Assembly: GCA_963752475.1 (NCBI GenBank)
Contig: CAVVYR010000018.1
Span: forward strand, 1-23,309
DNA: 23,309 nucleotides
From: an uncultured Chloroflexia bacterium
Lineage (GTDB): Bacteria > Chloroflexota > Limnocylindria > Limnocylindrales > CSP1-4
Reading direction: 5' to 3'
The translations under genes were made by a program, and so were the position numbers. Below, one piece after another: positions 1-8,876 of the stretch (positions within the stretch are counted from its first letter, which is position 1; each line of letters starts with the position of its first letter). A model generated the notes under the pieces. The model made no database searches. It was not told the DNA's origin and saw only the letters and a list, made by a program, of their open reading frames with translations.

Positions 1-4
1 GAGA

Positions 5-511
5 TTGGTGCTCGACGCGAGTCCGTTGATCTACCTGGCGAAGCTCACCGCGCTCGACGTGCTTTCAGTCGTGACCGACACGGCCGTGGTGACCCCGACG
101 GTCCTGGAGGAGGTGACCCGACCACAGCTGGCGTACCGGCATCCCGATTCGGTCGAGATCGAGCAGGCCGTCGCGAACGGGCTCGTCCACGTTTGGGAGC
201 TCGAGGCCGACGAGCGGTCACTCGCGGAGGACTTCGCCAAGCAGGTGCCCGGGCTTCACCACGGCGAGGCCGAGGCACTGTCGCTGGCGGTGTCACGGTC
301 GATGGCGGCGGTCATCTTCGAACGACAGGCGCGACGCGTGGCGAGGACGCTCGGTGCAGAACTGGTCGATGTCGTCGAGATGCTCGTAGCGGGGACGCCG
401 GACGACGAACCCAGGGAGGACCGAGTCATCCGGTTCGCGCGGCTGGTGAACATGCGCTTCGACCACGTGGCCCAGCTACTGGCCCGCCTCGGATCACGCC
501 GGGTCATCTGA
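5..511 (+). CDS. PIN-domain ribonuclease toxin (VapC/DUF3368-like); the start may lie at or before the window edge
   Basis: N-terminal VLDASPLIYLAK (PIN first Asp), VTPTVLEEV (second acidic residue), LHHGEAEALSLA (GE motif typical of DUF3368-type PIN). The fourth acidic position reads IFERQAR. Confidence 0.8.
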   Translation: MVLDASPLIYLAKLTALDVLSVVTDTAVVTPTVLEEVTRPQLAYRHPDSVEIEQAVANGLVHVWELEADERSLAEDFAKQVPGLHHGEAEALSLAVSRSMAAVIFERQARRVARTLGAELVDVVEMLVAGTPDDEPREDRVIRFARLVNMRFDHVAQLLARLGSRRVI

Positions 512-527
512 CCGGCAGGAGTTGACG

Positions 528-1367
528 ATGAACAAGCGACATCAAGTGAACATCAGGCTCGACGACGACCTCGTCGATGAGATCGACCGGCTGGCCGATG
601 CAGAGGCGATCGATCGAAGCGAGATGGCACGTCGGCTGCTCGGACACGGGCTGGCCGACCGAAGGATGCGTCGCGCGCTCGAGGAATACCGCTCGGGCAG
701 TGTGACTGCGTGGCGCGCGGCGGAGATCGCCCGAACCTCCCTCTACGAGATGCTCGATCGCATCCACGAAGAGGGCATCGTCTACGACCTGGACACCAAC
801 GTGCTCGACAGGGTCGGCTCGCTGGTACGACCGAAGGCGGCGGTCGGAGAGGGCGCGACAGCCTATGGTTCCGACGAGGAGTCGGGGGCCCACCGATTGC
901 GAGATCGGTTCAAGCCCGCTCCGGTGAGAACGCTGTTCGTGGGCGAGTCCTCACCGCCGGGCGACACGCACTTCTACCGCGCGAACTCGAACCTCTTCCG
1001 TGCGACCTACGAGGCATTCACGGAGGCGTTCGGACCGGATGCCGTGTCCGACGGCCCCCGCTTCCTGCGTGAGTTCCAGGATCGCGGTTGCTGGCTCGTG
1101 GACCTCGTCGACAGACCGGTGAGCCGGCTCGAAGCCGATGAACGCCAGGCGCTCGTCAGCAGCGGCGTCGCCACGCTGGCTCGAACCATCGCGGATGTCC
1201 GACCGATGCACATCGTGGCCACCAAAGCCACCATCGACGACGAGGTCCGTGCCGCCATGGAGGTGGCCGAGGTGGAAGTGGAGCTTCTGGCTCTGCCCTT
1301 CCCCGTTCGGCAGTGGCGGGCGGTCTATGTGCGCGAACTCGCCCAGGCCCTGGCTCGCTGGGAGTAG
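528..1367 (+). CDS. RHH/UPF0175-like antitoxin N-terminus fused to a C-terminal uracil-DNA-glycosylase-like domain
   Basis: AGGAG at 517-521 sits 6 nt before ATG 528. QVNIRLDDDLVDEIDRLA..IDRSEMARRLL is ribbon-helix-helix-like; ALEEYRSGSVTAWRAAEIA..SLYEMLDRI is UPF0175-like. After a linker come TLFVGESSPP..FY, GCWLVDLV and LPFP, resembling UDG-superfamily motifs. Confidence 0.65.
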   Translation: MNKRHQVNIRLDDDLVDEIDRLADAEAIDRSEMARRLLGHGLADRRMRRALEEYRSGSVTAWRAAEIARTSLYEMLDRIHEEGIVYDLDTNVLDRVGSLVRPKAAVGEGATAYGSDEESGAHRLRDRFKPAPVRTLFVGESSPPGDTHFYRANSNLFRATYEAFTEAFGPDAVSDGPRFLREFQDRGCWLVDLVDRPVSRLEADERQALVSSGVATLARTIADVRPMHIVATKATIDDEVRAAMEVAEVEVELLALPFPVRQWRAVYVRELAQALARWE

Positions 1368-1385
1368 CGGGACTTCGGGTCCAGG

Positions 1386-1413
1386 TTGACATGATTATGT
1401 CGGAGATTATTAT
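1386..1413 (+). promoter_or_regulatory. Sigma70-type promoter for the AAA ATPase gene
   Basis: TTGACA (1386-1391), 16-nt spacer, TATTAT (1408-1413) in a conspicuously AT-rich island. GGAG at 1433-1436 precedes GTG 1447. Confidence 0.75.
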
Positions 1414-1418
1414 ATCTC
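1388..1418. promoter_or_regulatory. Two tandem palindromic operator-like sites overlapping the -35 and -10 boxes
   Basis: GACAT-gatt-ATGTC (1388-1401) and GAGAT-tattat-ATCTC (1403-1418) share the GASAT...ATSTC pattern. Confidence 0.5.
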
Positions 1419-1446
1419 ACGCAATATTTAGTGGAGTGAGTTCGCT

Positions 1447-2886
1447 GTGCCCTTCGTCGATCGTGACGCCGACCTGGCCGAGATGGAACGGCGCTGGGGG
1501 CTGACACCGCAGTTCCAGCTGCTCTGGGGTCGCCGCCGCGTCGGCAAGTCGGCATTGATCCGGCGCTTTGCCGAGGGCAAGGATGCCATCGTCTACCAGG
1601 CCGTCACCGGCACCGTGGTCGACCAGCTCAGGCTGCTGACGCGCCGGATGCTCGCGTGGCGCCGGGAACCGCTCCTGGCCACGATGCCGTTCGCGAGCTG
1701 GGACCAGGTGTTCGCGTACCTCGAGGGTCTGGGCCGGGAGCGCAAGCGCAACGGCGAGCCGATGCTGTTGGTCCTCGACGAGTTCCAGCACCTGGCGGCG
1801 ACCGACGCCACGGTCATCAGCCGGCTCTCCGACTTCTACGAGATCGTGAAGCACGAGGATCTGCCGCTCTATCTCATCGTCAGCGGCAGCTCGATCTCGT
1901 TCTTCGAGAAGCAGGTCGAGGTCGGCGGGCTCTTCGGGCGCCGCACGTTCGGTTCGTTGCTGCCGCCGCTCGGCTATCGCGACGCCGGGGCGTTCTTCCC
2001 CGACTGGGACCCGACCGATCGCCTGCGAGCGTGGGCCATCCTCGGCGGGATGCCCTACTACCTCGAACAGTTCGACCCGAACAGGTCGCTCGCCTGGAAC
2101 ATCCGGGAGCGGATGCTTCGGCGAAACCAGGTGCTCTACAACGAGGCCGAGTTGATGCTCCGCGACGAGCTGTCGGAGCCGGCCACGTACCACTCGATCC
2201 TGGCGGCCATCGCCGGCGGCGCGACGACGAGCGGAGAGATCGCCTCGAGGGCCGGGCTCGAGCAACCGAGCCTGCCGTCCTACCTCCAGCGTCTCGGACT
2301 CCTGCACCTCGTCGGCCGGGACGTCCCGTTCGGCGTGAAGCCGGAGAAGTCGAAGAAGGGGCTGTGGACGATCAGCGATGCCTACCTGGGGTTCTGGCAT
2401 GCCTTCATCCGGCCGAACGCCGTCGAGCTCGAGGCTGGTCGTGTGGATGAGATCTGGAAGACCATCGTCAAGCCGCGCCTCGATGCGTTCGTCTCGAAGC
2501 CGGCCTTCGAGCGCGCGTGCCGCGAGTTCGTGCGCGAGCGGATCGGCCGGATGGACGGGCTTCCGAGTAGCGGGGCGGTCGGGGCCTGGTGGACGGTCGA
2601 GACGCGTGTGGTGGATGGCGAGCGCCAGCCGATGCGCTTCGAGGCCGACGTCGTCGCAGGATCGGCCAAGCGGGTGGGCCTCGTGGGCGAGGTGAAGTGG
2701 AGCGACGATCTGGACAACCACGCACTCAGGCAGCTTCGCCGCGTGGTCGCCAAGATCCCTGGCACGAGTGACGACACGCGTCTCGCCCTCTTCTCCCGCC
2801 GTGGGTTCGATGACCGAGTGCGCAACACCGCAGAGGCCGAGGGCATCCTGTTGTTCGATACTGACGATCTCTACGCGGGCGACTGA
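1447..2886 (+). CDS. AAA+ ATPase (archaeal ATPase_2 type) with winged helix and C-terminal DUF234-like PD-(D/E)XK nuclease domain
   Basis: FVDRDADL start, Walker A GRRRVGKS, Walker B LVLDEFQ, SGS, GGMPYYL, an HTH-like segment (TSGEIASRAGL..LPSYLQRL), ISDAYLGFW, and EADVV...GEVKW nuclease motif. Confidence 0.9.
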   Translation: MPFVDRDADLAEMERRWGLTPQFQLLWGRRRVGKSALIRRFAEGKDAIVYQAVTGTVVDQLRLLTRRMLAWRREPLLATMPFASWDQVFAYLEGLGRERKRNGEPMLLVLDEFQHLAATDATVISRLSDFYEIVKHEDLPLYLIVSGSSISFFEKQVEVGGLFGRRTFGSLLPPLGYRDAGAFFPDWDPTDRLRAWAILGGMPYYLEQFDPNRSLAWNIRERMLRRNQVLYNEAELMLRDELSEPATYHSILAAIAGGATTSGEIASRAGLEQPSLPSYLQRLGLLHLVGRDVPFGVKPEKSKKGLWTISDAYLGFWHAFIRPNAVELEAGRVDEIWKTIVKPRLDAFVSKPAFERACREFVRERIGRMDGLPSSGAVGAWWTVETRVVDGERQPMRFEADVVAGSAKRVGLVGEVKWSDDLDNHALRQLRRVVAKIPGTSDDTRLALFSRRGFDDRVRNTAEAEGILLFDTDDLYAGD

Positions 2887-2939
2887 CCCCGCGCCACCCT
2901 ATCCCGCCGCCCGCGCCCACAAGCAGATGCGAGCCGGGT

Positions 2940-2955
2940 GTTCGGGTACCCGAAC
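2940..2955. terminator. Perfect 16-bp palindrome between convergent genes; possible bidirectional terminator or protein-binding site
   Basis: GTTCGGGTACCCGAAC is self-complementary and lies between the stops at 2886 and 2987. No U-tract. Confidence 0.3.
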
Positions 2956-2986
2956 GGATCCGATCGATCGCGCCGCAGCGACAGGC

Positions 2987-4270
2987 CTACGAATTAGGCC
3001 GCTGAGTGAGGCGTCTCCGTTCGTCTTCAGGTCGCTCATTGAAGGCATCGATCCAGCTCTGGACCGCCTCCGGGTCCGTCACATCGACCCCTTCCGATAG
3101 CATCAGGGTCGCGATGGACTTGGCCGGGCCGGCCGTTGCCGGATCGTGCATGGCCTCCCGGAACACGGGCTCGAACTCGTCGACCGCCGCGAGCATCTCG
3201 GCGAGACTGGAGTCCGCAAGGCTGCGCTCGGCCGCGGTGAAGCGCAGCCAGGCCCTGAGCACGACCGGGAGCCGGTCGATGTCAGCATCGTCAAGCGTGT
3301 ACTTGCGCGGGAACCAATCGGTCAGACAGAGTTCCACCACGATCGGGCTCCAGTGCAAGGCATCGTCGAACTGGTCCGCGCCGTAGTCGATGAGGTCTCG
3401 TACCAGGACCGTGTCGCGCCCCAGCTCACGGCCCGGCTCGGAGCGCCGGAACCTGGTGTACAGCTTGTCCCGCGCGGTCTGGCTCATCGGCTTGCGCCTG
3501 ATCGGACGCGGGCGCGGCAGGTCCATCAGCCGCCTGCCGACGAGCGGCACCAGCGAGCGCAGCTCGTCGGTCACCGGTGGCTCCCACACGTCCTCCAGGC
3601 TGGCGAATGAATCGCTGAGCCGATCGGAGTACGCCTGTGCGTCCAGGTCCACGATGCGCATCCCGTCGAGCGCTTCCCACTGCGACCGCATGTCGGCCGA
3701 TGCGGGTGCCAGGCCGGCGTCCTTGGCGATATGCAGGATGTTGTGGTCGACCAGCACGCACAGGTCGTGCGCGGCGCCACCGCCATAGCTGAAACGGCCG
3801 ACGAGGAAGTCCTGGTCGTCGAACTCGTCCGTCGCCACCCAGGCCCGCTCGAATCGCGCCTTGCCGATCAGGTCGTACCAGACGGGCTTGCGCACGCCGG
3901 CGTCCACGAGCTGCCGCATGGCGCGGGCGCACTCGAGCTCGATGACCATGGGGTCCACCGCCGAGAGTGCGGCGAGCAGGGCCAGCGCGTCGGCGCTCGC
4001 ATCTCGCGCGAGATGGTCGACCATGGCGGAGCCGAAGACCGACACCGGGTCGGCATCCTCCAGTTCGGCGCCCATCCACTGTGCGAACAAGGCACTGGCG
4101 AGCGCTTCGGCAGCCGCAGGCTCAGGCTCATCGGCGACTCCGCGAGCGGTGGCGAACGCGGCCGCACAGACGTCATCGAGCGAGGGCGCCGCTTCGGGTC
4201 GCTCGCGGCGCCGACTGGAGTGGCTGCGTCGTCGTCGTTGTTCGTGACGTCGTTTCGATGTGCGGCTCAC
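2987..4270 (-). CDS. Conserved-looking hypothetical protein
   Basis: 427-aa ORF with protein-like composition, an Arg-rich N-terminal tail, WSPIVVELCLTDWFPRK..PVVLRAWLRF and C-terminal GVDVTDPEAVQSWIDAFN. A promoter is positioned for leaderless translation from GTG 4270. Confidence 0.8.
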   Translation of the reverse strand: MSRTSKRRHEQRRRRSHSSRRRERPEAAPSLDDVCAAAFATARGVADEPEPAAAEALASALFAQWMGAELEDADPVSVFGSAMVDHLARDASADALALLAALSAVDPMVIELECARAMRQLVDAGVRKPVWYDLIGKARFERAWVATDEFDDQDFLVGRFSYGGGAAHDLCVLVDHNILHIAKDAGLAPASADMRSQWEALDGMRIVDLDAQAYSDRLSDSFASLEDVWEPPVTDELRSLVPLVGRRLMDLPRPRPIRRKPMSQTARDKLYTRFRRSEPGRELGRDTVLVRDLIDYGADQFDDALHWSPIVVELCLTDWFPRKYTLDDADIDRLPVVLRAWLRFTAAERSLADSSLAEMLAAVDEFEPVFREAMHDPATAGPAKSIATLMLSEGVDVTDPEAVQSWIDAFNERPEDERRRLTQRPNS

Positions 4271-4276
4271 TGTCCA

Positions 4277-4305
4277 ATCCTATCGGCGGCCCAGCTCGTC
4301 CGCCA
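4277..4305 (-). promoter_or_regulatory. Promoter for a probably leaderless mRNA
   Basis: Minus strand reads TGGCGG-N17-TAGGAT-N6-GTG (start 4270). No Shine-Dalgarno sequence. Confidence 0.5.
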
Positions 4306-4374
4306 TGGCCAGGCACTCGCTGGGGCGTGGGTTCGTAGGGGCGTCGATGGGGACGGTAGCGCCAAGCCGGGGTC

Positions 4375-5154
4375 TCAGGGACCGATGCGCGGTCCCGCGT
4401 GGGAGGCGATGAAGCCGCGGACGGCCGCCCATGCATCCGTCGCTGCCTCGGCGTACTCGGCCTGGGCACGGTCGAAGAACGAATGCGGTGCGTCCTCATA
4501 CGTGCGGATGTCGTGCTCGACCGACGCCGCTGCGAGCGCCCGTCTGAATGATTCGACATCGGTCGCGGGGATCTTCTGGTCGGCCCCACCGAAGACGCCG
4601 AGCACCGGTGCCTCCAGGTGACTCGCGAGCGCGGCTGGTGCCGGTGTGTCGTTGAGGAACGGGCCCACGGGCCAGCCGTAGAAACCGATGACACCGGCCA
4701 TCCGCAGCTGCGGTAGCGATCCCAGCAGGAACGACACGCGCCCGCCGAAGCAGAAGCCGATCGAGAAGAGGGACTCGACGTGTCGGCGCATCCTCAGATG
4801 AGCAGCCGCGGCGGACACGTCGGCCTGCAGTTCGGCCCACTTCGTCTGGCGGGCATACACCTGCGGTTCGAACGAGGCGTCGCGTGGCGGTGGCCCGGCG
4901 GTGCGGTCGTAGTAGTCGATGGCCACGGCATCGATACCGTGCTCCGCGAAACGCAGCGCCAACTCCCGGTAGAAGCCGGTGAGCCCGTGGTAGTCGGGAA
5001 GCACGATCATGCCGGCGCCCGTCGGTCGGGATGCGTCGGCCTGGTAGGCGGTGCAGCGGCTCCCGTCGCCGACGATGAGGCCGATCTCGTGACCGCTGGC
5101 CAAGCTATGTCCGGCAGGGTCGATGGGAGGGTGGCTGTCGGGGTCCGAGCACAT
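4375..5154 (-). CDS. Dienelactone hydrolase family alpha/beta hydrolase
   Basis: Nucleophile elbow GFCFGG, GVFGGADQKIP (Asp), YEDAPHSF (His), PDYHGL. AGGAG RBS 8 nt upstream and a TAGCGT -10-like box at 5187-5182. Confidence 0.92.
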   Translation of the reverse strand: MCSDPDSHPPIDPAGHSLASGHEIGLIVGDGSRCTAYQADASRPTGAGMIVLPDYHGLTGFYRELALRFAEHGIDAVAIDYYDRTAGPPPRDASFEPQVYARQTKWAELQADVSAAAAHLRMRRHVESLFSIGFCFGGRVSFLLGSLPQLRMAGVIGFYGWPVGPFLNDTPAPAALASHLEAPVLGVFGGADQKIPATDVESFRRALAAASVEHDIRTYEDAPHSFFDRAQAEYAEAATDAWAAVRGFIASHAGPRIGP

Positions 5155-5243
5155 CGATGGGTCTCCTGTCGCGAGGACACCACGCTATCAGCGTGCGCCA
5201 GACACCGACCGACGGAATCAGGCCCGAGACCTAGTTCGCCGGC

Positions 5244-8200
5244 TCAGCCCTCCGGGGTCTGGTAGCGGCTGGGGCAGACGCGACTGAAGTCGCACCAGCC
5301 GCAGGCCTGGTAGCTGGGCATCGCGGTGAAGTCGCCCGCTCGCAGGGACATCGCGAGGGACGTGAGGGATGCCGCGTGCTCATCGAGCTGCTCGGGGGTG
5401 CGCGTGGTAGATACCGCCGTGTCCGACTCGGTGAAGTAGAGCGTCAGCTTCGAAGCTGCCGGGAGCGGATCGCCGGTGACCTCGTCGGTGACGGCGCCGC
5501 GCGCCATGGCCAGCGCGTACGTCGAGAGCTGGTCGTCGGTGTCGACCTGCTTCTGTGACTTGGAGCGGCCGGTCTTGTAGTCGATGATCTCGATCGAGCC
5601 GTCGGGATGGCGGTCGATGCGGTCGATGACGCCGTTCACGCGGATCGGCTCGCCGCCATCGGGCGCCTCGAGCTCCAGCACGAAGTAGCGCTCCAGGCCC
5701 ACGGCATCGGCGCTCGACTTCAGCTCACGCTCGTAGAAGGAACGGAGGGCGTCGCGTGAGCGATTCTGGTAGCTGCCGGCCTGGGTCGTGTCGGCGAAGG
5801 CCTTGGGGTCGAAGTGCTCGTCGAACGCCTGCTGCAGTCGCTCGAAGTCCGGCAGCTCCTCCCCTGCCGCCTTGGCTGCACGGGCCGACTTGACGAAGTC
5901 CTCGAACGCGCCGTGCACGACGGTGCCGAACTCGAAGTAGCCCTTCTGCTCTACCGAGGGGATGCGGTACAGCTTCTCCAGGGCGTACTGCAGATGGCAG
6001 CGCTGGTAGACGTAGAACTGGGAGTGGCTGAACTTCGATGGCAGCCGCGTCAGCTTCAGCAGCTCCTCGCCGGCCGGGCCGTGGGTGGCAAGGACCCGCA
6101 GGGTCACCGGGTCGATGCCCAGGAAACGCTCCTCGCTCGCGGCACCGGCGGCGTTGCGAGCCACCTCCACCAGCTCGCCGATCACGGCGTCGCGGGCCTC
6201 GGCGTCCTCGGGATCGAGCTGCTCGAGGGTGCCCATGAGCTCGATGGCCTGGCGCCGCAACGCGTAGCGGCGCTCGAACGCTTCGGGCACCGGCATCAGC
6301 CGGGTCAGGGCCTCGGTCATCTCGTCGGTCGCCGGATCCGCTGACTCCTCCCCCTCCACCGAGAAGACCCCGGGCTCCGGCCGCTCGTGGCGGTGCGTGA
6401 CGAACACGTCGCCGGGCGCCATGGCCGGCGCACCGTCCTCGCGCTCGTCCTGCAGGTGCGTCGCGACCTCGCCGATGAAGCGGCTGGGGTGTTCGCGCCC
6501 ATCGGCGGAGTCTACGGTCGTCAGGATCAGTCGCTCCCGGGCACGCGTCATGGCCACGAAGAACAGGCGTCGCTCCTCTTCCTCGGCATGGCCGGGTGGC
6601 GGCTCCTGCTTGAGCAGCTCCGTCGGCAGGATCTGCGTCTCGCCGCGCGTGTCGGGGAACTGCCGCTCCAAGATGCGCGGCACGACCACCACCGGCCACT
6701 CGAGGCCCTTGGCCTGGTAGACGGTCATGAGCTGGACGCCGTCGATGCCGGTCGAGACCGGGGCCTCCATGTCGAGGTCGCCCCCGGCCTCCTGGTAGAG
6801 GTCGACGTAGTCGATGAAGTCGGTGAGGCTGTCGCGGCGGCGCGCGCCCTGGTGGTCGGCGGCGAAGCGCATGAAGCGGGCGATGTTGAGCACCTTCCGC
6901 TGGGCTTCGGGCGTGCCGCTGGCGATGAGGTCGTGAACGAGGTTCGTGCGCACGACGAACTCCTCGAGCAGCACGGCCGGGCCCTCACGCATGGCTCGCG
7001 GGATGAGGTCATCGATGACGCCGAAGAGGCGCTCGAGCTTGGCTCGCAGCAGCGCGGCGGGTGGGTCGGGCGGCTCGTCGCAGTCGGCTTCGGCCGAGTC
7101 AGCGGTGGTCGGGTCCTCGGCAGCCTGGGTGGTCGGCTCCTCGGCAGCCTGGGCCGCAGCCTGGCGGGCGGCCTCGAGCACCTCGCGCGCGGTCTGCAGC
7201 ATCGGTCGTCCGTCCCAGTCGGCGCGCCGGCGCAGCTCCATGATCTCGGCCGCGTCGAAACGCCAGGGGCCCGATGTCAGCAGGCGGGTGAAGTTGAACG
7301 AGTCGGTCGGGTCGGCCAGCACGCGCAGCGCCGACTCGAGGTCGCGGATCTCCGGCTGGATGAAGAGGCCCGTGGCACCCACGACGGAGAACGGGATGCC
7401 CGCGCGACGCAGCCGATCGACCACGTGGACACGGTGTGCGTGGCGCCGATAGAGCACCGCGATGTCACGCCACTGGCGCGGCTCAGGCATCGCCTCATAC
7501 TCGTCGCGGATCCGCTCCACGATGGCATCGGCTTCGTCCTGGGCGTCGGCCGCGATGACGACCTCGACCTGGCGGCCCTGTGGGTGCGTGGGCTCCAGCG
7601 GACGGTCGGCCTTGAGACGGTACTCGTTCACGCCGATGACGCGGTTGGCGGCCGTGACGATGTTGGCCGTCGAGCGACGGTTCTCGAGCAGCGGAACGTC
7701 GGTCACCGCGCCGGGGGCCCGGTGAGGGTCGAACGTCGGCGGCGCCTCGAAGCGATCGCGGAACTGGCTGAACGCGGCGTACGAGGCCCCGCGGAAACGG
7801 TAGATGGACTGGTCGTCGTCGCCGACCACGACGACATTGTCCGGCTTGTCCGGGCCTCGGCCGATGAGCTCAAGCAACAGGATCTGGGCCATGTTGGCAT
7901 CCTGGAACTCGTCCACGAGCACGTGGCGGAACTGCTGCTGGTAGCGCCGCACCAGGTTCGGTCGATCGAGTAGCAGCTCGATCGCGCGCGACATCTGCTC
8001 ACCGAAGTCGAGGTGTCCGCGTCGCGCGAGCTCATCCTGATAGAGGCCGAACACCGTGGCCTCCTCTTCCAGTCGCAGGACCTCGAGAGCATCCGCGTCG
8101 CGGAGATACTCGGGCTTCAGCTCAAGCGCACGCACCTGCTGTTCCTCACTGAGGTGGTTCCAACTCGTGGCGTGACCAGCGCCGTCGGCCGTGCGTCGGG

Positions 8201-8876
8201 CCTCGCGGTCGGCGATCTTCGCGCCCGCCTCCTCGCCGTTGCGCACCAGCTCACTGCGAACCTTCTTGATGCGTCGGACCTCGTCGCCGGTTCGCTTGGA
8301 GCGCAGAGCCTCGACGGCGTCGTCGAAGGCGCCGGATCCGTGCTTCGTCGCGAAGGCGGTTCGTTGCCGGTGGGCATAGGCCGCGTACTCCTCGGGCGTC
8401 ACGAGCTCGTCCTTGGCTCGCGAGATCATGCCGGCGAAGCCACCGAAAGTCGACATCGCGTTCCAGGTGAGGTCGTAGTAGAGGAACTCGCGCATGTGCG
8501 GCAGCAGGTCGCGCAGCAGCAGTCGCTGACCCACCTCGTCGAGCAGCTCCGCATCACGGGCGACGTTGGCTTCGGTGCGATGCTCGCGCAGCAGCCGGTA
8601 GCCGAAGCTGTGGAAGTTGTGCACCCACAGGCGGCTGGCCACGTCCACGCCCAGGACTTGCTCGAAGCGCTCCACCAGCTCGCCCGCTGCTCGCACGTTG
8701 TAGGTGAGCACGAGGACGTTCTCGGGCTGCAGTTGCGGATCGCTGGCCAAGAGGTGTTTCACGCGCTCGACGACCACGGTCGTCTTGCCGCTGCCGGCGC
8801 CGGCCAGCACCATCAGCGGGCCGTCGCCCCACTCGACGGCACGGCGTTGCGCAGGTGACAAGTCGAAGTCGGTCAT
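5244..8876 (-). CDS. UvrD/PcrA-family SF1A helicase fused to a C-terminal PD-(D/E)XK (AddB/Cas4-like, 4-Cys) nuclease
   Basis: LSPAQ Q-motif, AGAGSGKT, LTYNVRAA, VDEFQD, VGDDDQSIYRFRGA, ENRRS, VLYR, MTVYQAKGLEW, EERRLFFVAMTRA; then SHSQ..QRC, GVIDRID, IIDYKTG, QLSTY and CGWCDFSRVC. GGGGG RBS before ATG 8876. Confidence 0.93.
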   Translation of the reverse strand: MTDFDLSPAQRRAVEWGDGPLMVLAGAGSGKTTVVVERVKHLLASDPQLQPENVLVLTYNVRAAGELVERFEQVLGVDVASRLWVHNFHSFGYRLLREHRTEANVARDAELLDEVGQRLLLRDLLPHMREFLYYDLTWNAMSTFGGFAGMISRAKDELVTPEEYAAYAHRQRTAFATKHGSGAFDDAVEALRSKRTGDEVRRIKKVRSELVRNGEEAGAKIADREARRTADGAGHATSWNHLSEEQQVRALELKPEYLRDADALEVLRLEEEATVFGLYQDELARRGHLDFGEQMSRAIELLLDRPNLVRRYQQQFRHVLVDEFQDANMAQILLLELIGRGPDKPDNVVVVGDDDQSIYRFRGASYAAFSQFRDRFEAPPTFDPHRAPGAVTDVPLLENRRSTANIVTAANRVIGVNEYRLKADRPLEPTHPQGRQVEVVIAADAQDEADAIVERIRDEYEAMPEPRQWRDIAVLYRRHAHRVHVVDRLRRAGIPFSVVGATGLFIQPEIRDLESALRVLADPTDSFNFTRLLTSGPWRFDAAEIMELRRRADWDGRPMLQTAREVLEAARQAAAQAAEEPTTQAAEDPTTADSAEADCDEPPDPPAALLRAKLERLFGVIDDLIPRAMREGPAVLLEEFVVRTNLVHDLIASGTPEAQRKVLNIARFMRFAADHQGARRRDSLTDFIDYVDLYQEAGGDLDMEAPVSTGIDGVQLMTVYQAKGLEWPVVVVPRILERQFPDTRGETQILPTELLKQEPPPGHAEEEERRLFFVAMTRARERLILTTVDSADGREHPSRFIGEVATHLQDEREDGAPAMAPGDVFVTHRHERPEPGVFSVEGEESADPATDEMTEALTRLMPVPEAFERRYALRRQAIELMGTLEQLDPEDAEARDAVIGELVEVARNAAGAASEERFLGIDPVTLRVLATHGPAGEELLKLTRLPSKFSHSQFYVYQRCHLQYALEKLYRIPSVEQKGYFEFGTVVHGAFEDFVKSARAAKAAGEELPDFERLQQAFDEHFDPKAFADTTQAGSYQNRSRDALRSFYERELKSSADAVGLERYFVLELEAPDGGEPIRVNGVIDRIDRHPDGSIEIIDYKTGRSKSQKQVDTDDQLSTYALAMARGAVTDEVTGDPLPAASKLTLYFTESDTAVSTTRTPEQLDEHAASLTSLAMSLRAGDFTAMPSYQACGWCDFSRVCPSRYQTPEG
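7104..7151. repeat. In-frame 24-bp tandem duplication (QAAEEPTT/QAAEDPTT) in a helicase linker
   Basis: ggtggtcgggtcctcggcagcctg (7104-7127) and ggtggtcggctcctcggcagcctg (7128-7151) differ by one base. Confidence 0.85.

Noticed and set aside
2940-2955. LexA (GAAC-N4-GTTC) SOS box
   Set aside because: The half-sites are in the reverse order with 8-nt spacing, and the site lies between two stop codons rather than in a promoter.
5182-5204. Fourth copy of the shared promoter motif upstream of the dienelactone hydrolase
   Set aside because: TGGCGC lies only 7 nt from TAGCGT and the upstream GYGCCA half-site is missing.
5244-6040. Cas4 / CRISPR adaptation gene
   Set aside because: The 4-Cys PD-(D/E)XK domain is fused to a UvrD helicase, and no cas genes or repeat-spacer array are visible in the window.
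6387-7973. Long antisense/shadow ORFs (e.g. 6387-7973 +, 1417-2721 -, 9981-11051 +, 13455-14708 +, 20750-21973 -)
   Set aside because: They overlap well-supported genes, have no recognisable motifs, and are expected from stop-codon scarcity in high-GC DNA.
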